A DNA stretch of 64,000 nucleotides from Octopus vulgaris (lineage: Eukaryota). The stretch lies in the NCBI GenBank assembly GCA_951406725.2, contig OX597817.1, positions 167,586,001-167,650,000 on the forward strand, in the 5' to 3' direction. Positions 59,585 through 64,000 of this stretch are shown here, piece by piece. The notes below the pieces were generated by a model. That model had not been told where the DNA came from and ran no database searches. It worked only from the letters and a program-made list of their open reading frames with translations. Both the position numbers and the translations under genes were made by a program. How positions within the stretch are numbered: the stretch's first letter is position 1; every line of letters begins with the position of its first letter.

Positions 59585-59850
59585 ATAACAAGAAATTTAG
59601 GATGGACCTTATAAATATTTAATACATCGCTGCGCGCGTTTCCACAAATCACATGAGTCCGTATCCTTGGGTTGGGTGCAGTATGGTACCCATCACAAGG
59701 ATGAGTACTGATGTTAAAGTCATGTGATTTGTGGAAACGTGCGTAGCGATATATTAAATATTTATAAATTCAATCCTAGAATTATTGTTATTATTATATT
59801 TATCCTACATTATTTCGGTATAACCATGATGTAACCCCGAAAAACTTACT
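59585..59850 (+). mobile_element. fold-back Penelope-like fragment (3' half of a hammerhead)
   Basis: Inverted arms ~59609-59656 / 59719-59768; GGAAAC(GTGC)GTA-gcgat. Confidence 0.55.
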
Positions 59851-59874
59851 CATTAGTCAGTATTGATAGACCAA

Positions 59875-60105
59875 AGGCGGCGAGCTGGCAGAAACGTTAG
59901 CACGCCGGGCGAAATGCTTAGCGGTATTTCGTCTGCGTTACGTTGTGAGTTCAAATTACGCCGAGGTCGACTTTGCCTTTCATCCTTTCGGGGTCGATAA
60001 ATTAAGTACCAGTTACGCACTGGGGTCGATGTAATCGACTTAATACCTATGTCTGTCCTTGTTTGTCCCCTCTGTGTTTAGCTCCTTGTGGGTAATAAAG
60101 AAATA
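59875..60105 (+). mobile_element. SINE family B with TSD
   Basis: AGTATTGATAGACCA on both sides. Confidence 0.85.
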
Positions 60106-60191
60106 AGTATTGATAGACCATTAGACGGTAGTCGGCATAATGAAATATGAGCTTTATTTGCATACCCTTAACGTTACCATAACTGAATTTA

Positions 60192-60225
<34 letters not shown>

Positions 60226-60773
60226 TGGTTTTCTTTCAGTCTCCGTCCACTCATAAGACTTTTGTCGACTCGCTGCGCGGTTTTAGTAGAAAACACGTCC
60301 CAAGGTGCTTCACAGTGGAACTGAACCGAAGGCTATACAATTGAGAATGCCACGCCTGTATCTACATTACTTTCACAACTTATATAATTTTTCTATAGCT
60401 TAGTCAGTGTCAAGCCCCTAAAATTAGTTCAAGCGAGTGAAGAAGGAAGGATTGTACGTAGGTTGTACCGAAAGTACTGCAAAAGTTCAGATAATGTCTT
60501 TATTAATTGACATAGATCGTTCAGGCCCTTCTTCTATCATAACTCTTCTTCCTTCTCTTCTTCACTGCTAGCAAATAATGGGTTTCAAGCAGAAACACGT
60601 GTCACCAATGAGTGCTGGAGAAGGGAAGGGTTTTAGGCTGTCTAACATTCATTGAAGGCAGCGTGTTATTCACACAAGAATGATATACATATAGCATTTT
60701 TGTCGAAGTTACTACACTGACGTAAACAAATAAACTCTGGTTGTGAAATGGTGAGACACTATCACAAAGATTT

Positions 60774-60805
<32 letters not shown>

Positions 60806-61347
60806 TTCACAGGCTTCCACACAGTTTCCGTCTACCAAATTTACTCACAAGTCACACGGAGCTATAGTAAAAGACACTTGCCTTAAGTGCCGCACAGTGG
60901 GACTGAACCATGCGTTTAGGAAGAGAATTTTTTGACATCACAACCGTAGCTACATAATTAGCGCACTTAAAAGCAATCAACCTCTGATTTTAATTACTCA
61001 GAGAAACCATCTGCATGAAAAATTAGCATTTCGTAATTATTTCCATGAGTCAGTCTCGACTAAACTGAAATTTCAGATTAGCAACCAATTGAACGTTATG
61101 TTCTAATATAATTTTCACAGATAAAAATTTGTTAATTTGCTGTAAGCTTTACCACAAAAATTATGTCATTTCGTACACTTATTTACAAAATTATTTTATC
61201 AGCATATAACTTCGTTTCTAATAGATATTTTTATAGCGATATATATAAATGGCAAACGAGTACGATCGCTGTAATCAATTTCTGATAAACTGGTGCGGGG
61301 ATCTAAAGTCAAGTGAAGTTACAAAGATTATGACAGCAATATTTCCG

Positions 61348-61930
61348 GGGAGTTAGCCGAAACGTTTGCATACTGGGCGAAATGCTTAGCGGTATTTCGT
61401 CTGCCGCTAAGTTTTGAGTTCAAATTCCGCCGAGGTCGACTTTGCCTTTCATCCTTTCGGGGTCGATAAATTAAGTACCAGTTACGCACTGGTGTCGATC
61501 TAATCGACTTAATCCGTTTGTCTGTCCTTGTTTGTTCTCTCTGTGTTTAGCTCCTTGTGGTTAATAAATAAATGCTTAGCGGTATTTCGTCTGTCTTTAC
61601 GTTCTGAGTTCAAATTCCGCCGAGGTTGACTTTGCCTTTCATTCTTTCGTGGTCAATTAAATAATTACCAGTTACGCACTAGGGTCGACATAATCGACTT
61701 AATCCCTTTGTCTGTCCTTGTTTGTCCGCTCTGTGTTTAGCCCCTTGTGGGTAGTAAAGAAATAGGTATTTCGTCTGTCTTTATGTTCTGAGTTCAAATT
61801 CCACCGAGGTCGACTTTGCCTTTCATCCTTTCGGGGTCGATAAATTAAATATCAGTTGTGTACTGGGGTCGATCTAATCGCATGGTCCCCTCCCCCCAAA
61901 TTTCGGGCCTTGTGCCTAGAGTAGAAAAGA
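61348..61930 (+). mobile_element. family B SINE trimer
   Basis: Three cores; flanked by AATATTTCCG. Confidence 0.8.
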
Positions 61931-62176
61931 ATATTTCCGATTTTCAATTAGCTGATCGTGTAGGTGGGATGGGGCGGTCTTCTAATCAAGGCATTATTAT
62001 GAACGAACTTGGATTTTTCGGGGCCCACCAGAAAGCACAAATCTCTCGTCAACGTTAACGAAGGAATCATCGGTAGTGGCCCATTTTGAGGATCGAAAAT
62101 GTATCTGAAGATCCCATTGGCAATGATTTCGTAAGATTTCATGTACCAAAAGTGAAATAAGTTTTTTGTGAATGAC

Positions 62177-62568
62177 TTACTCTTTTACTTGTTTCAGTCA
62201 TTTGACTGCGGCCATGCTGGAGCACCGCCTTTAGTCGAGCAAATCGACCCCGGGACTTATTCTTTGTAAGCCCAGTACTTATTCTATCGGTCTCTTTTGC
62301 CGAACCGCTAAGTAACGGGGACATAAACACACCAGCATCGGTTGTCAAGCAATGCTAGGGGGACAAACACAAACACACACACACACACATATATATAGAT
62401 ATACATATATACGACAGGCTTCTTTCAGTTTCCGTCTACCAAATCCACTCACAATGCATTGGTCGGCCCAGGGCTATAGCAGAAGACACTTGCCCAAGAT
62501 GCTGCGCAGTGGGACTGAACCCGGAACCATGTGGTTAGTTAGCAAGCTACACACACAGCCACTCCTGC
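62177..62568 (-). mobile_element. SINE family A
   Basis: Match to the family. Confidence 0.85.
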
Positions 62569-62680
62569 ATACAAAAAGAAAATATCACTGGATGTGCGAG
62601 AGAAACAATATAACGAACACGCTTAATAAATAAAACCTGACAGAATAGCTGAATATTGAGGAGGGAGAGCCGAATTAATA

Positions 62681-63191
62681 CCGTAAATCTTCGAGTATAG
62701 TCCGCCCTTGAGTATAATACGCAGGGGATTTTTAGGGGACTGTACTTCTGTAAAACCTAAACCTTGCGTATAATACGCACCCCTTCTCTAACTTGAGTCA
62801 AGGAGGTCTATATAACGTCCTTGGTTTGTAAAAATGTATACGGTAACGTCCTTTATTCTTATTGTATATATAACATAATGCAAACGTGTAGCTTTTTTGT
62901 GCATTTTGTTTGCAGAAAATAAAGAAATAACAGTAATAACGTTTAATAAATGTTGCTTACTGCAAGTTATGGATGATTTTTTTATGACTTCATTGCTTTC
63001 AGGCCTAGCTGAAGGTATTTTCCTGCTCGACATCACAAAATGCGTCTGAATAAACATTGCCGGACAGCAAATAGAGACTCGGACATTGCTTAGAATATAT
63101 TTTTCATTTTTAAGTTCGTATATAGTACGCACTAGGGATTTTGACCTTTAGATTTTAGGGGGAAATGCGGATTATACTCGAGGATTTACGG
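62681..63191. mobile_element. complete Tc2/pogo-like MITE
   Basis: TIRs CCGTAAATCTTCGAGTATAGTCCGC / GCGGATTATACTCGAGGATTTACGG with TA on both sides. Confidence 0.85.
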
Positions 63192-63740
63192 TACATAATC
63201 TCTGTTATTCCGGCACAGCTATCTTATAATCTAACACGTGGATCTAGAAGTTGCCTGTAATGTGACAGTATACAGTATTGTATTGACATTTAACGCATAT
63301 TCTTGCACTATCAGCATTATTTCTGTGCATCTTGAACGTAAGACAAATAGGTTTAAGAGACGGATGTTCGTATGTGAAAACCATTGCTTCTTGACTGGTT
63401 GTTGAAAGTGTGTGAGAACTGCTCCTACGATTCCTGAAGTTGTGCGTGTTATTAAAATTAGAATTAAACGAAATCAGATCTACATTAGCAGAATTTGTTA
63501 TTGGTATTAAGCGTGTATTAGAACCATTACTCATTGCACAAGCTAATATATATGTTGTTTTATTGAGTTTTTTTGTCTGCGTATACTATATTCGCGGCAT
63601 CCTTGTTATTTATACAATCAGCAAAGTTAGTTTTCTTTTTATCATTCCGACAAATATCTCTTCTTGGTTACATAGTGCCATCAAGCAAATAATACTTTAT
63701 TTTCGATTACTAAAGTAGTTGCTGATACTACTAAAACAAA

Positions 63741-64000
63741 GACTCCGCCGGTTACGACGACGAGGGTCCCAGCTGATACGATCAACGGAACAGCTTGCTC
63801 GTGAAATTAACGTGCAAATGGCTGAGCATTCCACAAACACGTGTACCCTTAACGTAGTTCTCGGGGATAATCAGCGTGACACAGAGAGTGACAAGGCTGA
63901 CCCTTTGAAATACAAGTACAACTCATTTTTGCCAGCTGAGTGGACTGGAGCAACGTGAAATAAAGTGTCTTGCTCAAGGACACAACGCGTCGCCGGGAAT
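63741..64000 (-). mobile_element. SINE family D (runs off the window edge)
   Basis: Match to 17368-17637. Confidence 0.8.

Overview
AT-rich, microsatellite-saturated eukaryotic DNA; the repeat families look like an Octopus-type cephalopod genome (inferred from repeat style, not confirmed). I find no supportable host protein-coding exon; almost all listed ORFs are microsatellite or SINE read-throughs. The window contains dozens of tRNA-derived SINE copies (four head types, labelled A-D here), decayed LINE fragments (CR1-group, RTE, Tx1-like, Dong/R4 with an RLE endonuclease), mariner and Tc2/pogo-like DNA-transposon remnants, and a ~22-copy 177-bp satellite. It also has three copies of an unclassified ~550-bp (AAT)n-embedded element. 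The most striking signal is a set of short fold-back elements sitting in (TA)n/(TG)n tracts that carry type-I minimal hammerhead ribozyme motifs (Penelope/Neptune-like), including non-canonical cores. Two SINE families share 3' tails with LINE fragments in the same window. Coordinates were counted by eye and element edges are approximate.
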